A stretch of 64,000 nt of DNA from an uncultured Bacilli bacterium (GCA_947627925.1 CANQXW010000001.1:13314-77313), one strand, 5' to 3'. Counted from the first letter of the stretch, positions 28,015-38,764 are shown. The notes: generated from the sequence alone by a model not told the origin. Translations and numbers: made by a program.

Positions 28015-28137
28015 AAAAACAACGCCTAACTCAGCAATGAATTAGGCACACTCATCATAGATTAGGCAACACTCAACACGACAATATTTGAATGTTCCTT
28101 TTTATTGTATTCAAGTTTCCTTGACATATTCATTATA
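28011..28137 (-). ncRNA. promoter-sRNA-terminator module, copy 2
   Basis: -35 TTGAAT (rc of 28155-28160), 17-bp spacer, -10 TATAAT (rc of 28132-28137). The core matches copy 1. The terminator is GCCUAAUUCAUUGCUGAGUUAGGC plus a U-run. Confidence 0.45.
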
Positions 28138-28238
28138 CTATAAAAATTTCCTTAATTCAAGATGATCGCAAATTGCTATCAAACATGTATTAATTGGTTA
28201 ATTTTGCCAATAATAATTTTAAGTAAGGATGATATTGT

Positions 28239-29648
28239 ATGAATAAAATTGTGGAAAGAGTTAAAAATGAATTTACTAACACTCCTGATTTAAAAATAAA
28301 AGAAGTAAAAATTAATCCTTTTAAATCTGTATATGTTATTTTTATTGAAACTGTCTGTTCTTCTGATAAAGTAAATGATTATATCTTAAAAAATCTAACT
28401 TTAAAAAAAGATGTTGATATTGAAAGTTCTATTCCTGGACCAAATACGGTTCCTTTAGATAATTATGATCAAATTGAATTTTATTTAACTAATGGCTTTG
28501 CCATAGTTATTTATAATAAAGATATTATTGCCATTGAAGTAAGGGGCGATTTAAATCGGAGCATTACTCAATCTTTAAGAGAGCCTTCCTTACTAGGGCC
28601 AGAAGATTCTTTTAATGAAAATTACCAAACTAATATGGGACTTATTAAAAGAAGAATTAAAAGTCATACTTTAAAAACTGAAGAAATAGTAATGGGAAGA
28701 ATTACTAAAACCACTATTAGCATTAATTATATTGATACTATTGCTGATGAAAAAAATGTGCAAATTATTAAAGAAAAACTCCAAAGGATTGATGTGGATG
28801 GTGTTATTGATCAAGGAACAATCATTAACTATTTAGAAAGTGAAAATAAAACTGTTTTTCCCACGATTAAAAGAACCGAAAGACCGGATTTAGCTGTAAC
28901 CTCTCTTTTAGAAGGGAAAATTGTTATCATGATGGATACCTCTCCTTTTGCCATTATCTTACCTACTTTTTTAATTGATTTTATTAATCCGGTTAATGAT
29001 AATTATGTTAAAAGTATTAATGTGGGTTTTATTAAATTATTACGTTTTTTCTCTTTTATCATGTCGATGGTTACCCCAGGAGTTTATATTGCCATTATTA
29101 ATTATAATCAAGAAACTATTCCTTCAAGTTTGCTTATTAATTTTAGTACCCAAAGATCGGGTGTTCCCTTTCCCAGCATTGTGGAACTCATCATGCTTTT
29201 ATTTATTTGTGATGTGTTAAGAGAAAGTGACTTACGATTCCCTTCTAATTTTGGTTCCGCCATTTCTATTTTAGGAGCCTTAATCATTGGTGATGCGGCG
29301 GTTAATGCGGGGTTAGTTTCACCTATTGCTATCATTATTGCTTCTTTTACCTTTATCACTAGTTTAATTTTTACGGAGTTAGAAATTAATAACGCTTTAA
29401 GATATTACCGTTACTTATTTTTATTCTTCGCCGCCTTCTTTGGTTTATATGGTATCTTCCTTTGCGCTATTCTTCTTTTAATAAATTTAATTTCTTTAAA
29501 ATCTTTAAATGCGCCTTTCTTTGCTCCCATTGCTCCTTTTAATAAAGAATATTTCTTTAAAAGTGTTCTTAAAAGAAAAGATATTAAAAATACCAAACGG
29601 AGTAAATTAATTACTAATAAGAATTTAACGAGAGGAAAATTTTCATGA
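28239..29648 (+). CDS. gerAA: spore germination protein, GerA (A-subunit) family
   Basis: 469 aa with a GerA-family N-domain and a C-terminal 4-5 TM region. Operon with the C and B subunits. Confidence 0.85.
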   Translation: MNKIVERVKNEFTNTPDLKIKEVKINPFKSVYVIFIETVCSSDKVNDYILKNLTLKKDVDIESSIPGPNTVPLDNYDQIEFYLTNGFAIVIYNKDIIAIEVRGDLNRSITQSLREPSLLGPEDSFNENYQTNMGLIKRRIKSHTLKTEEIVMGRITKTTISINYIDTIADEKNVQIIKEKLQRIDVDGVIDQGTIINYLESENKTVFPTIKRTERPDLAVTSLLEGKIVIMMDTSPFAIILPTFLIDFINPVNDNYVKSINVGFIKLLRFFSFIMSMVTPGVYIAIINYNQETIPSSLLINFSTQRSGVPFPSIVELIMLLFICDVLRESDLRFPSNFGSAISILGALIIGDAAVNAGLVSPIAIIIASFTFITSLIFTELEINNALRYYRYLFLFFAAFFGLYGIFLCAILLLINLISLKSLNAPFFAPIAPFNKEYFFKSVLKRKDIKNTKRSKLITNKNLTRGKFS

Positions 29649-30724
29649 AAAAAATATTAATATTAATTCTATGTTCTCTATTTCTCGGAGGCTGTTATGA
29701 TAATATTGAGCTTAATAATTTAGCAATTGTAAGTGGCATTGGTATTGACTATGAAGATGATAACTTTATTCTAACTTATGAAGTTTTAAACGATACTAAA
29801 ACCGACGAAAATACGGCGATGCTCAGTTATACCGAAGAAGGAAAAGGCAAATCGATTGTCGAAGCTTTTACCAACACCAATTATAAAATTGGCAAGAAAC
29901 CTTATTTTGCTCATTTACGAGTTGTCTTATTAAGTGAAACAATAATTAAAGATCACTTAGATGAAATAAGTGACTACTTAATAAGAGACACCGATATTCG
30001 CGATGAGTTTATTAGTGTAGTTGTGAAAGATACCACCCCTAAAGAAGTACTTACCCATAATAGTAAAAATATTCCCGTAGTTAGTGATCTGATTATTAAT
30101 CTTTTAGATAATGAAAAATATAATAATAATCTTTCTGTTACCGATACTTTTCAACAAGTTTTAGCTAAATTTATTAGTCATAACCAAGATGCTGTTTTAA
30201 GCTCTCTTACCATAAACGAAAATGATGAGATAACTTTAAGCAATTTTTATCTGTTTAAAGGCTACTATTACCAAGATACTTTAACCGAAGAAGAATCTAG
30301 TTTTTATAATTTACTTACCAAAGATGTTTTTGGTTTAAAAGTAGAAAATAAATATGAAAAAGGTAATGTTGTTATTAATATAAGTCACTCTAAACCCGAA
30401 ATAGAGGTAACAAGTGATAAAATAAAAATAAATTTAAAATTAGATGGAAAAATCTTAGATAATAATGCCGATTTTGATTTAAAAAGTGAAAAGTCTTATC
30501 AAGAATTAAATAAAGATTTCTCTTTAATTATTAAAGATAAAGTTACTAGCTTTATTCAAAAATTACAAGCCAACAAATCCGATATTTTAGGCCTTCAAGA
30601 GATATACTTTAAAAAGTGGCGAAAAGAAAATCATAATCTATGGGAAACTGCAAACATTGAAGTTAAGATTGATTTAAAAATTAATACTAAAGGTTTTATA
30701 TTTGAGGTGGAAAATGAAAAATAA
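29645..30724 (+). CDS. gerAC: germinant receptor C-subunit lipoprotein (Ger(x)C family)
   Basis: The lipobox is LFLGGC. LAIVSGIGIDYED is typical of GerxC. Confidence 0.8.
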   Translation: MKKILILILCSLFLGGCYDNIELNNLAIVSGIGIDYEDDNFILTYEVLNDTKTDENTAMLSYTEEGKGKSIVEAFTNTNYKIGKKPYFAHLRVVLLSETIIKDHLDEISDYLIRDTDIRDEFISVVVKDTTPKEVLTHNSKNIPVVSDLIINLLDNEKYNNNLSVTDTFQQVLAKFISHNQDAVLSSLTINENDEITLSNFYLFKGYYYQDTLTEEESSFYNLLTKDVFGLKVENKYEKGNVVINISHSKPEIEVTSDKIKINLKLDGKILDNNADFDLKSEKSYQELNKDFSLIIKDKVTSFIQKLQANKSDILGLQEIYFKKWRKENHNLWETANIEVKIDLKINTKGFIFEVENEK

Positions 30725-31730
30725 ATTAACTTATTTTATTTCTAGTTCATCAATGTTTGGTATTGGCTTCTTTCTCCTTTTTAAAAATGCCGGCAAGGAT
30801 GCTTGGATTTCTCTTCTTTTAGGTACTCTTCTAGGAATTATGATTATGTATCTTTATAGTAAAATTAAAAAATATTTAAAAGATAATAATTTAAAAGAAA
30901 CTTTAAAAAATACTTTTATGGGAAAAGTTTATTTAGGAATATTTTTAATTTTTTATCTTTATTTAATAACCATTATTTTAATTTTACTACCAATGTTTGT
31001 TAATTCTTTCTACCTTTTATATACTCCTAAAATTATTGTCATTATTCCCTTCTTACTTTTAGCCGTTTATATAACTTATAAAGAAAAAAGAGTTTTAGAA
31101 ACTCTTAGCAATTTTCTTTTTACTATAAGTATTGCTGTCATAATTATTTATATAATTGCTCTTTTTAAATATATCGATTTTAATAATTTAAAACCTGTCT
31201 TTTCCGAAAGCACTTGGGGAATTATGAAAGCATCTTTAATCTATGCCTCTATTACAACTATTCCTAATATTATAACTATTAATTTTAATAATAATGATTT
31301 TAAATATGAACTTAAAGTATATTTAATTTCTAGTTTCATGCTCCTTCTAATTTTACTTTCAACCATTGTTTGTTTAGGAGAACCTTTAATTAAAATTTAT
31401 AGTTTCCCTGAATATGCTGTTTTAAAACAAATTAAAATATTAGATTTTATTGAAAATATTGAAAATTTATCGACCTTTATTTGGTACTTTGATATGTTTA
31501 TAACTCTTTCAGTTCTTACTACTAATGTTAAAGAAATACTTCCTAAAAAAAGAAATTTTATTTATTACCTACTCGCCATTTTTCTCACCATTATTTTAAG
31601 TATTTTTATCATTGGTAGTAACTACCGCTATATAATAACTGTTTTTTATACTTATCCTTTTATCTTATTTGGCTTTCTAGTTCTATTTATATTACTCTTA
31701 TTTATCCTAAAAAAAAGAAGAAAAGATTAA
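30702..31730 (+). CDS. gerAB: germinant receptor B-subunit (spore germination permease, APC superfamily)
   Basis: 342 aa, ~10 TM, with an N-terminal …GKDAWISLLLG motif. Confidence 0.8.
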   Translation: MRWKMKNKLTYFISSSSMFGIGFFLLFKNAGKDAWISLLLGTLLGIMIMYLYSKIKKYLKDNNLKETLKNTFMGKVYLGIFLIFYLYLITIILILLPMFVNSFYLLYTPKIIVIIPFLLLAVYITYKEKRVLETLSNFLFTISIAVIIIYIIALFKYIDFNNLKPVFSESTWGIMKASLIYASITTIPNIITINFNNNDFKYELKVYLISSFMLLLILLSTIVCLGEPLIKIYSFPEYAVLKQIKILDFIENIENLSTFIWYFDMFITLSVLTTNVKEILPKKRNFIYYLLAIFLTIILSIFIIGSNYRYIITVFYTYPFILFGFLVLFILLLFILKKRRKD

Positions 31731-31741
31731 CTTTTCTTTCT

Positions 31742-32098
31742 TTAAATCCATTTACTTATATATATCTTACGAGTAGTATATTCTTCATAATTAGTAAATA
31801 TTCTAATAATAATATCAACTAAAGATTTTAAAATATTATTATCTTTTCTTACTTGAACAGTCACAATTTCTTTTTGAAGAGTACTTCTAAATAAATAATC
31901 TTTAATATAATTAGCTAAAACATTATCTAATTCTTGAACTCTTTCAATATCTTCTCTATTATCTTCATCGATAGAAAAAATATAACTCTTATAAACTTTT
32001 ATCAATCTATCACTTATCATATCAGTTTCGTTAAAATCAAAATTGATAATTGTATAATAATTAGGACAATATTTTAAGATATCTTTGTTTCTATTCAT
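31742..32098 (-). CDS. hypothetical protein
   Basis: 118-aa ORF. Confidence 0.4.
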   Translation of the reverse strand: MNRNKDILKYCPNYYTIINFDFNETDMISDRLIKVYKSYIFSIDEDNREDIERVQELDNVLANYIKDYLFRSTLQKEIVTVQVRKDNNILKSLVDIIIRIFTNYEEYTTRKIYISKWI

Positions 32099-32177
32099 TT
32101 ACTACCACTCTCTATTTAATAAAATAATACTACATGTTTTTTACTGGGTCAAGATAATATAGATAATTTTTTAAAAT

Positions 32178-35100
32178 TTATTTCCAAGATGGCCCAACTT
32201 TATAATCGATATCCCGGTTACTAGTACTATCATACACCATTCCAAAATTAGAAGTATAATAACTTATTTCCTCCGTAGTTCTTACTTCCCAACCTGATTG
32301 GTTAATATTATCCGTTAACCAACTTTTGAAATAACCATTGCTATTATTTTTACGACTTTCTTCACCTGATGGCCTTTCAGCTCCAGCAATTATAATATTA
32401 CCATATCCATCTTTAATCATTTCATCAATGAAAGTACTATAACAATAAACATTTTCATAAGTTTTACCATTTTGTTTTAAATCATAACATTCCATAGTAT
32501 TATTTAAATAATTAGAACCTTTATTTTGCTCTTTAATCCAATTAATAGTTTGCGGATTCATTGTAACTTGCATAGCAAAATCTTCATTATCAGTTGGATG
32601 CTTAAAGTCAACATCGAAAATAGAATTGCCATTATCCATAATTTCTTTTTTGGTTACATAAGCTTTTAATTCAATTGCCGTGTTAATGGTGCCATCAGAA
32701 TACCAGTTATTACCTAATATCCGATCATTTGGATTGATGTCTTCACTTGTTACTTGGCGATAATCTAATTTTAATTCTGCTCCATCATATAAACAACTTT
32801 TACAATAGACTTTACAATGACCATTTGGACAGCATTTTGAGTAATAAATGCCATAGTTAACTTCTTTACCATTTGGATCATAATAGTGATCTATACCCTC
32901 TGTATCTTTTAAAACAACACAACTATTTTTAATATCAGGTGGACAATCTGGACAATAACAATCTGGATCATCCGGACAAGTAGCACTACAAATTCCATCT
33001 TTTTGTGGTGAACAACCATCACCTGGACAATCAGGATCATTTGGACAATCTGGGTCACAATAATCATCCGATTCTTCCTTACATTTATTACATTCATTAA
33101 CATTATAGGTACATCTATATATTCCCTCATCATGATACATATTATCAGTGTAATCCTCATAGACTAGCGCTGTATTTTCATTTCGACATGCTTCATTAGT
33201 TTGAAGAGTTGAAGACACTACGCTATCACTATCACCCCAAATTCGACCTAATTCATTAGAATTAAAGTACTCACCTAAATTTTCAAACCATAATAAGTAT
33301 TTTTTCGTTCCATTTTCAGTTCCTAAAGATACAGGCAAACCATTTTCAAGTGGTGTTCCATTTTTAACATCAGTTCCTACTTCGGCCGCTATAATTGTTC
33401 CCGTTGGATAAATCGTATAAAATTGGGTCGGTGTTATAAATTCAGCTGAGGCTTTCTTAGCTGTTTTTATATATCGAACATTAGATAAAGCATAAGAATA
33501 ATTACTACAACCATCCTCAGTACAAGCACATGCTGAACCAATTGTTACATCAGTACCTCTTGAAAGTGTTGTTTTCCATCCTCCCTCACCATAACATTCT
33601 TCATAATCATCAGAAACACAACTACGACCAGCAGGGCATCCCGTTCTTGTACAATAATAGGTTTCAACATCACTTAAGGTTTCATTAAATTTATCTAACT
33701 TATTATTAATAACATTATTACTATAATAATCTTCTTGATACCAAAAATGCATTTCTGGATCAAAATTATAGTCCATTTCCCAAGTACCAAATGGTGATGG
33801 ATTTATCGTTCCTGGAAAATTGCCACCAGAATAAGAACCAATTACTTTATTATAAAGTAATAAAGCACCATACATACCACCAGTACCTAATTTAGCCTCA
33901 AGACCAAAACCATTTGTACTATTACAATAATATCTAGCATCACCTTTAGTTATATCACCCTCCATATGACAATCAGTTACTTTAGCTTTTTCTCCAATTT
34001 CATTTATTGCTTGATCAAGTAGTGCTCCTGCCAACTCTTCATTACTAAGTGCTCGTCCATTTACATATGAAGCTTTGCATTTCGTAAAAAATCCAAAATC
34101 AAATCCAGAATAAACATGGCTAAATTGTTCAGAAAATGTATTGCAAGTCGATGCACCAGAGTCATATTCGAATTCTACCGTAAACACTGGCGCTACTTGA
34201 CGTTGTGGAATTTCATATCGGCAATTACTACGTTCTGTTTTCTTTTTAGGATTGCCTTCTTCATCAAATTCGCCTTCTATTGTTACTTCTGTTTCATCAC
34301 AAACACAAAAAGCTGGTTCAATATAACATTGATTTGGTGATGCTGGAATTATTTCTGGATCGCACGCTTTAACAGAATATCCTGGATCTTTAATGCAAGT
34401 TCTATCTGCGATACACTCAGCCATTTTTTTATACATACGATAGTCTTTATAAGCATTTCTGGTTAGAGCAGCTTGAGTTTCTACATCAGTCTTGGCAGCG
34501 GCATTACTCTTTATTTCTGATGTATAACATTGCTTAGTACCCTCTAAAGATGCACGCAAACGGAAATATCTTCCACTATCTACATTAATAGATCCAGGTA
34601 AAGTTACTTTATAATCTTCTTTACAATAAATACCACCACCAGAAACAAAATTATTATCACCCGCTTCAGAAGTTAAATTTTCATCTTTTCTAGTATGACC
34701 AGCATTATCAGTAGCAGAATTATTAGTTACACATTTTTTGATATTTAAATCTCTTTCCTCATCAGGTTTATCACATGAATCATCAACATCATATCCTTCT
34801 TTAATTTCGACAACATTATTATTTGTATCACATTGTTTACAAGTAACATCTGTGATATAAGACTTACATGTTGAACCATCAGAATTTAAAGAAGTACACA
34901 TTTTAAATTCTTTTGGATATTCAGATATATTAAAACTTGATGTATTATAATTAGCTAAAACATATAATCTTTGAGACACACCAATTCTACCTCCTGAACT
35001 TATTTCAAAAGCAGAAGTTCCTAAATCATTATCTCTATATTTTAAAATAATTTTATATTTAGAAGAATCACATTCTTCTTTAACTGGAGACGTGAATTCA

Positions 35101-36119
35101 ACTTTAAATATTAATTCATCTCTAAAATATTTTCCTGATTTTAATTGTCCATACTCAGTTACTAAATTTTTAGCTTTAAGCTGAGCTAAAGTTAATGGTT
35201 CATTATTATTTAAATAGAATTTTACTTTACTAAAATTATTACATCCCTCTAAACACATGTAATCTAAATTAATAACACCATTTTCACTAAAATTATTAAT
35301 TTTAATTTTATATTCAAAGGTTGTTTTATATTCACTACTTGTATTTTCTCTTTTTTGGGTAGGATCAGAAATGGTTACATAAGTACCGCCTGATTGTTTA
35401 TATTTTATGGCAGCATCTAAGGCGGCAATAACATAATCAATAGCGCCTTTCTTTTCTTCAGCCGTTCCTTTATTCTTGCCATTAAAAATATCTTCATCTA
35501 ACATTTTAGTGTACTTATATTCTTCTCCATCTACTCCTGTATATTTTGTACCAATTGATGTATCACCTGTTAACTCTTTTAAAGTGTTAATTTTATTTTT
35601 CAAATCACTATTATTATCTAATGCATAATTAACATAGTTTTCCAAATAGTATAATTGGGCAGTAGGTTGATCAACTTCAACGTAACGAACATATACTAAA
35701 CTATAAAATAATAATTCATATATATTTATGGCTAACCATTTATAAGTGTAATTTTTTTTCAAAATATTAATTATACCGGCATCATGGACTTTTTGAAGAG
35801 ATCCAGGAGGATCTGTAGGGTCAAAAACAACTCTTTCACATTTTAATTCTTGATTTCTTTCGCTCCATGCCGAAACACCTGGATTATGACAGGTTGCTGA
35901 CAAAGTTTCAGCCTTTACTGTACCATTATTACTAGAAATATTTACTTTATAATCATAAGCATGCCAACCTGATTGTTTAAAATTAAAAGATACAGCATTA
36001 TCTTGCCAAGGAAGATTAGCAGATTTTACAGTAATCCCAGAACAGCTACCAGCTTTAACGTTAATTATTGCAAAAATAGAAATTATTAATAAACTAAATA
36101 TTTTTAATACTTTTTTCAT
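32178..36119 (-). CDS. large secreted cysteine-rich protein with CP(D/N)DPDC repeats
   Basis: The start was moved to ATG 36117-36119 (MKKVLKIFSLLIISIFAIINVKA signal peptide). ~1313 aa. The C-terminal third contains DYCDPDCPNDPDCPGDGCSP…CPDDPDCYCPDCPPD. Confidence 0.6.
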   Translation of the reverse strand: MKKVLKIFSLLIISIFAIINVKAGSCSGITVKSANLPWQDNAVSFNFKQSGWHAYDYKVNISSNNGTVKAETLSATCHNPGVSAWSERNQELKCERVVFDPTDPPGSLQKVHDAGIINILKKNYTYKWLAINIYELLFYSLVYVRYVEVDQPTAQLYYLENYVNYALDNNSDLKNKINTLKELTGDTSIGTKYTGVDGEEYKYTKMLDEDIFNGKNKGTAEEKKGAIDYVIAALDAAIKYKQSGGTYVTISDPTQKRENTSSEYKTTFEYKIKINNFSENGVINLDYMCLEGCNNFSKVKFYLNNNEPLTLAQLKAKNLVTEYGQLKSGKYFRDELIFKVEFTSPVKEECDSSKYKIILKYRDNDLGTSAFEISSGGRIGVSQRLYVLANYNTSSFNISEYPKEFKMCTSLNSDGSTCKSYITDVTCKQCDTNNNVVEIKEGYDVDDSCDKPDEERDLNIKKCVTNNSATDNAGHTRKDENLTSEAGDNNFVSGGGIYCKEDYKVTLPGSINVDSGRYFRLRASLEGTKQCYTSEIKSNAAAKTDVETQAALTRNAYKDYRMYKKMAECIADRTCIKDPGYSVKACDPEIIPASPNQCYIEPAFCVCDETEVTIEGEFDEEGNPKKKTERSNCRYEIPQRQVAPVFTVEFEYDSGASTCNTFSEQFSHVYSGFDFGFFTKCKASYVNGRALSNEELAGALLDQAINEIGEKAKVTDCHMEGDITKGDARYYCNSTNGFGLEAKLGTGGMYGALLLYNKVIGSYSGGNFPGTINPSPFGTWEMDYNFDPEMHFWYQEDYYSNNVINNKLDKFNETLSDVETYYCTRTGCPAGRSCVSDDYEECYGEGGWKTTLSRGTDVTIGSACACTEDGCSNYSYALSNVRYIKTAKKASAEFITPTQFYTIYPTGTIIAAEVGTDVKNGTPLENGLPVSLGTENGTKKYLLWFENLGEYFNSNELGRIWGDSDSVVSSTLQTNEACRNENTALVYEDYTDNMYHDEGIYRCTYNVNECNKCKEESDDYCDPDCPNDPDCPGDGCSPQKDGICSATCPDDPDCYCPDCPPDIKNSCVVLKDTEGIDHYYDPNGKEVNYGIYYSKCCPNGHCKVYCKSCLYDGAELKLDYRQVTSEDINPNDRILGNNWYSDGTINTAIELKAYVTKKEIMDNGNSIFDVDFKHPTDNEDFAMQVTMNPQTINWIKEQNKGSNYLNNTMECYDLKQNGKTYENVYCYSTFIDEMIKDGYGNIIIAGAERPSGEESRKNNSNGYFKSWLTDNINQSGWEVRTTEEISYYTSNFGMVYDSTSNRDIDYKVGPSWK

Positions 36120-36233
36120 ATAATATACTCCATACCCTATACAAATAAATTGTATCATAAAAAAGCCTTTATTTACATAAAAAACGATAAAAAAATAATA
36201 ATATTGCAAAAAAAATGAGTTTTTTTAAACTCA

Positions 36234-37142
36234 CTATCTATTAATATTATAAGATTCTCCAGATAAATCATTTAAATTGTAATCATTTAATACTGGTTTT
36301 TCAATATTTTCAGTATCTTTCTTTAATGTTGGTAGTTCAATATCATCATCTTTTTTAGGAGTAGGCATTTCCACTTCAGGCGTTTCCTTCTTCTCTTCTG
36401 GAGTATAAACTGAACTAAATACTTCTTTTGGTTTAGCTACAGGTTCAACTGGAGTATCCGCTTGACCCACAATATCAGCAAAATTAAATGTCGGAACTTC
36501 AATTTGAGGTTCTTCATTAATAACAGGTTCTTGTCTTTCTGGAGCAATTGGCTCTACTGAAGTTACAGGTTCTAAATCAACATTACTAAAACTAAAAGGT
36601 TTTTCCGCTGTTTTTTCTAAAACTGGTTGAACTGGTTCTTGTAATGATGAGCTTGCAAATGGATTAATATATTCATTGGTCGAATTACTTAAATTATCTA
36701 TAGAATTATTTACCTCTAATGGCTCAGTAGGAACAGTATTTGGTAAAACAGGATCAACAACTGGAACTTCATTAGGTATATTAACTGAATCTATAGTAGG
36801 AACTATTACTGTATTATTTTCTAAATTAGGTTCTAAAGTAGAGTTTTCAGGCACATTAGGCATAGGTTGATTTAAAGAATTTTCCATTACTGGAGGAACT
36901 CCTACTTCTAAATTATTAGGCACGCTTGTTTCGGCAAAAGCATTAGCGCTACCGATATCATCAGGACTTATTTGTTGCAATTTTTTCGTAGCCTCTATCT
37001 CTCTATTCTTTTGATCTTTTTTGCCAAAAACCAGAATAATAATAAATAATAACACCAAAACAGCAATGGAAATCATCAAATAAGTTCCAAAATATTCATA
37101 GTTATATAATTTGTTTAAAAATTCATCCATTATAACCTGCAC
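36234..37142 (-). CDS. membrane-anchored Pro/Val-rich hypothetical protein
   Basis: One TM (LMISIAVLVLLFIIILVF) followed by a low-complexity P/V/E-rich region. Confidence 0.45.
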   Translation of the reverse strand: MQVIMDEFLNKLYNYEYFGTYLMISIAVLVLLFIIILVFGKKDQKNREIEATKKLQQISPDDIGSANAFAETSVPNNLEVGVPPVMENSLNQPMPNVPENSTLEPNLENNTVIVPTIDSVNIPNEVPVVDPVLPNTVPTEPLEVNNSIDNLSNSTNEYINPFASSSLQEPVQPVLEKTAEKPFSFSNVDLEPVTSVEPIAPERQEPVINEEPQIEVPTFNFADIVGQADTPVEPVAKPKEVFSSVYTPEEKKETPEVEMPTPKKDDDIELPTLKKDTENIEKPVLNDYNLNDLSGESYNINR

Positions 37143-37207
37143 CTCTTTATTCTTACTATATTAGATTATCACAAAAAACAAGATATTGCAATATTTTAAA
37201 ACATCTT

Positions 37208-37450
37208 TTAAAACATCTTATCAATATTTTTTGGTACATCTCCCCCAATTACTTTCGAAATAATTTTATCACTTTGCTCTTTACTAACCTTTTTACCCGT
37301 CATTCTACTTAAAGTATCAATAACTTCTCTTAAAGTTTTTTCATCTTTCATATTTCCATTTTGTAGTTTTTGGGCTAATCCCACAATCGTATTTTTATCA
37401 ACTTTAGTTTTCTTTTCGACTTTATTAAAAAAAGAATCATTTAAATTCAT
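37208..37450 (-). CDS. spoVIF: stage VI sporulation protein F-like
   Basis: 80 aa. MNLNDSFFNKVEKKTKVDKNTIVGLAQKLQ…NIDKMF resembles SpoVIF (MDNSFFKNIEKKTGV…). Confidence 0.45.
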   Translation of the reverse strand: MNLNDSFFNKVEKKTKVDKNTIVGLAQKLQNGNMKDEKTLREVIDTLSRMTGKKVSKEQSDKIISKVIGGDVPKNIDKMF

Positions 37451-37498
37451 ACTTCACCTTCTAATAAATTATATGATTAAACAATTCTTTTGTGCTAA

Positions 37499-38764
37499 TT
37501 ACTCATCTTTTTTAATTAAATCAATTATTATCTTAGCTTTTTTACTCCAATCATTTTCTTTAGCTTCTTTTTGTAATAATTTGTGATATTTACTATCATC
37601 TTTTAATTTATAAGCTTCTTCTAATTTTTTTAAAAAATCATTATGATCCTTGCCAATTAAGACAGATTCATATTTATGACATTCTAATAAATCTGTTGTT
37701 ACAATGGGTTTTTCCATAGCCATATATTCAAATATTTTTACGGGACTTGTGGATTTAGTAATATCATTAAGCAAAAAAGGAATCATTAAAATATCACATT
37801 TAATCGCGTAATATTTTAAAACTTGATAATCTTTAGAACCTAAAAAATACACATTTTTAACTTCATCCATTTTATTTAAATCATATGATTCATCATATTT
37901 TAAGCCAAAGAAAATGATATTATATTTATTAGTTTTAGCAATCTTTTTAATTAAATCATAATCAAACCATTTAGCTAAAGCTCCATAATAACAAAGGTTA
38001 ATTTTGCCATTATTGATGATGTCTAAATATTCTTTTTCTAATTCATAATCTTTCCATTTTTGGAAAAATTCATAATCTACTCCATTAGTGGAATATCCTA
38101 AATTTTTATTACCTCTTCTTTTTTCAATATCTTTTTTGAGTTCCTCGGCCGTGACAATGATATAAACATCTTTATTAGAAATAACATAAGCAAATTTCTC
38201 TAAAATATTTTTAGGTATTTCTTTAGTTCCAGCTAAATCAGCACTTAAATGATCAACATATTCATAGATTAATTTAAATCCTTTACTTAAATAATCTTCA
38301 ATATTAGCTACCGTTAACTTCCAATCAGTACAATAAAGTTGGATATATTTAGGTTTATTTATTTTAGTTAATTCTTTCATTAATATTCGATTAAGTAAAA
38401 TATTATTAAAATTAAATAAATATAAATTTTCTTGTTTTTTACTAATAGTTTTAACTTTATCAGTCATGGTAGTTACTTCATAAAATATTAAAGAATTATT
38501 TTTAACTAAGTTATTAGCAATATGTTGGGGTCTTTGAAATAAAGGAACATTATAACCAAAGCTACTCCGCCATAAAATTAAGCGTTCATACTTTCCATTT
38601 AATATCTCTCTAATTATTTTATGATATCTATAAGGATTTATAAAAACTATTAAACTAACTTTATCTAAATAATTAGCCACAAAATAGCGATAGCATTTTT
38701 TAATAAAACCCCTAAAACCATACTTTTTATAAACATTCACTAACTTGGTTATTTTATCTTTCAT
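37499..38764 (-). CDS. glycosyltransferase family 1 (GT4-like)
   Basis: C-terminal SPVKIFEYMAMEKPIVTTDL matches the GT4 'E..K..EYmA.G.PvI' motif. Confidence 0.55.
   Translation of the reverse strand: MKDKITKLVNVYKKYGFRGFIKKCYRYFVANYLDKVSLIVFINPYRYHKIIREILNGKYERLILWRSSFGYNVPLFQRPQHIANNLVKNNSLIFYEVTTMTDKVKTISKKQENLYLFNFNNILLNRILMKELTKINKPKYIQLYCTDWKLTVANIEDYLSKGFKLIYEYVDHLSADLAGTKEIPKNILEKFAYVISNKDVYIIVTAEELKKDIEKRRGNKNLGYSTNGVDYEFFQKWKDYELEKEYLDIINNGKINLCYYGALAKWFDYDLIKKIAKTNKYNIIFFGLKYDESYDLNKMDEVKNVYFLGSKDYQVLKYYAIKCDILMIPFLLNDITKSTSPVKIFEYMAMEKPIVTTDLLECHKYESVLIGKDHNDFLKKLEEAYKLKDDSKYHKLLQKEAKENDWSKKAKIIIDLIKKDE

Noticed and set aside
32909-34340. Small ORFs 32909..33160 (-) and 34116..34340 (+) inside the giant gene
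   Set aside because: They are in alternative frames or antisense to a long, well-supported CDS, and their composition is low-complexity.
32178-36209. ORF-track start of the giant Cys-rich protein at 36209
   Set aside because: The first 30 codons precede an obvious signal peptide (MKKVLKIFSLLIISIFAIINVKA). The ATG at 36119 is preferred.
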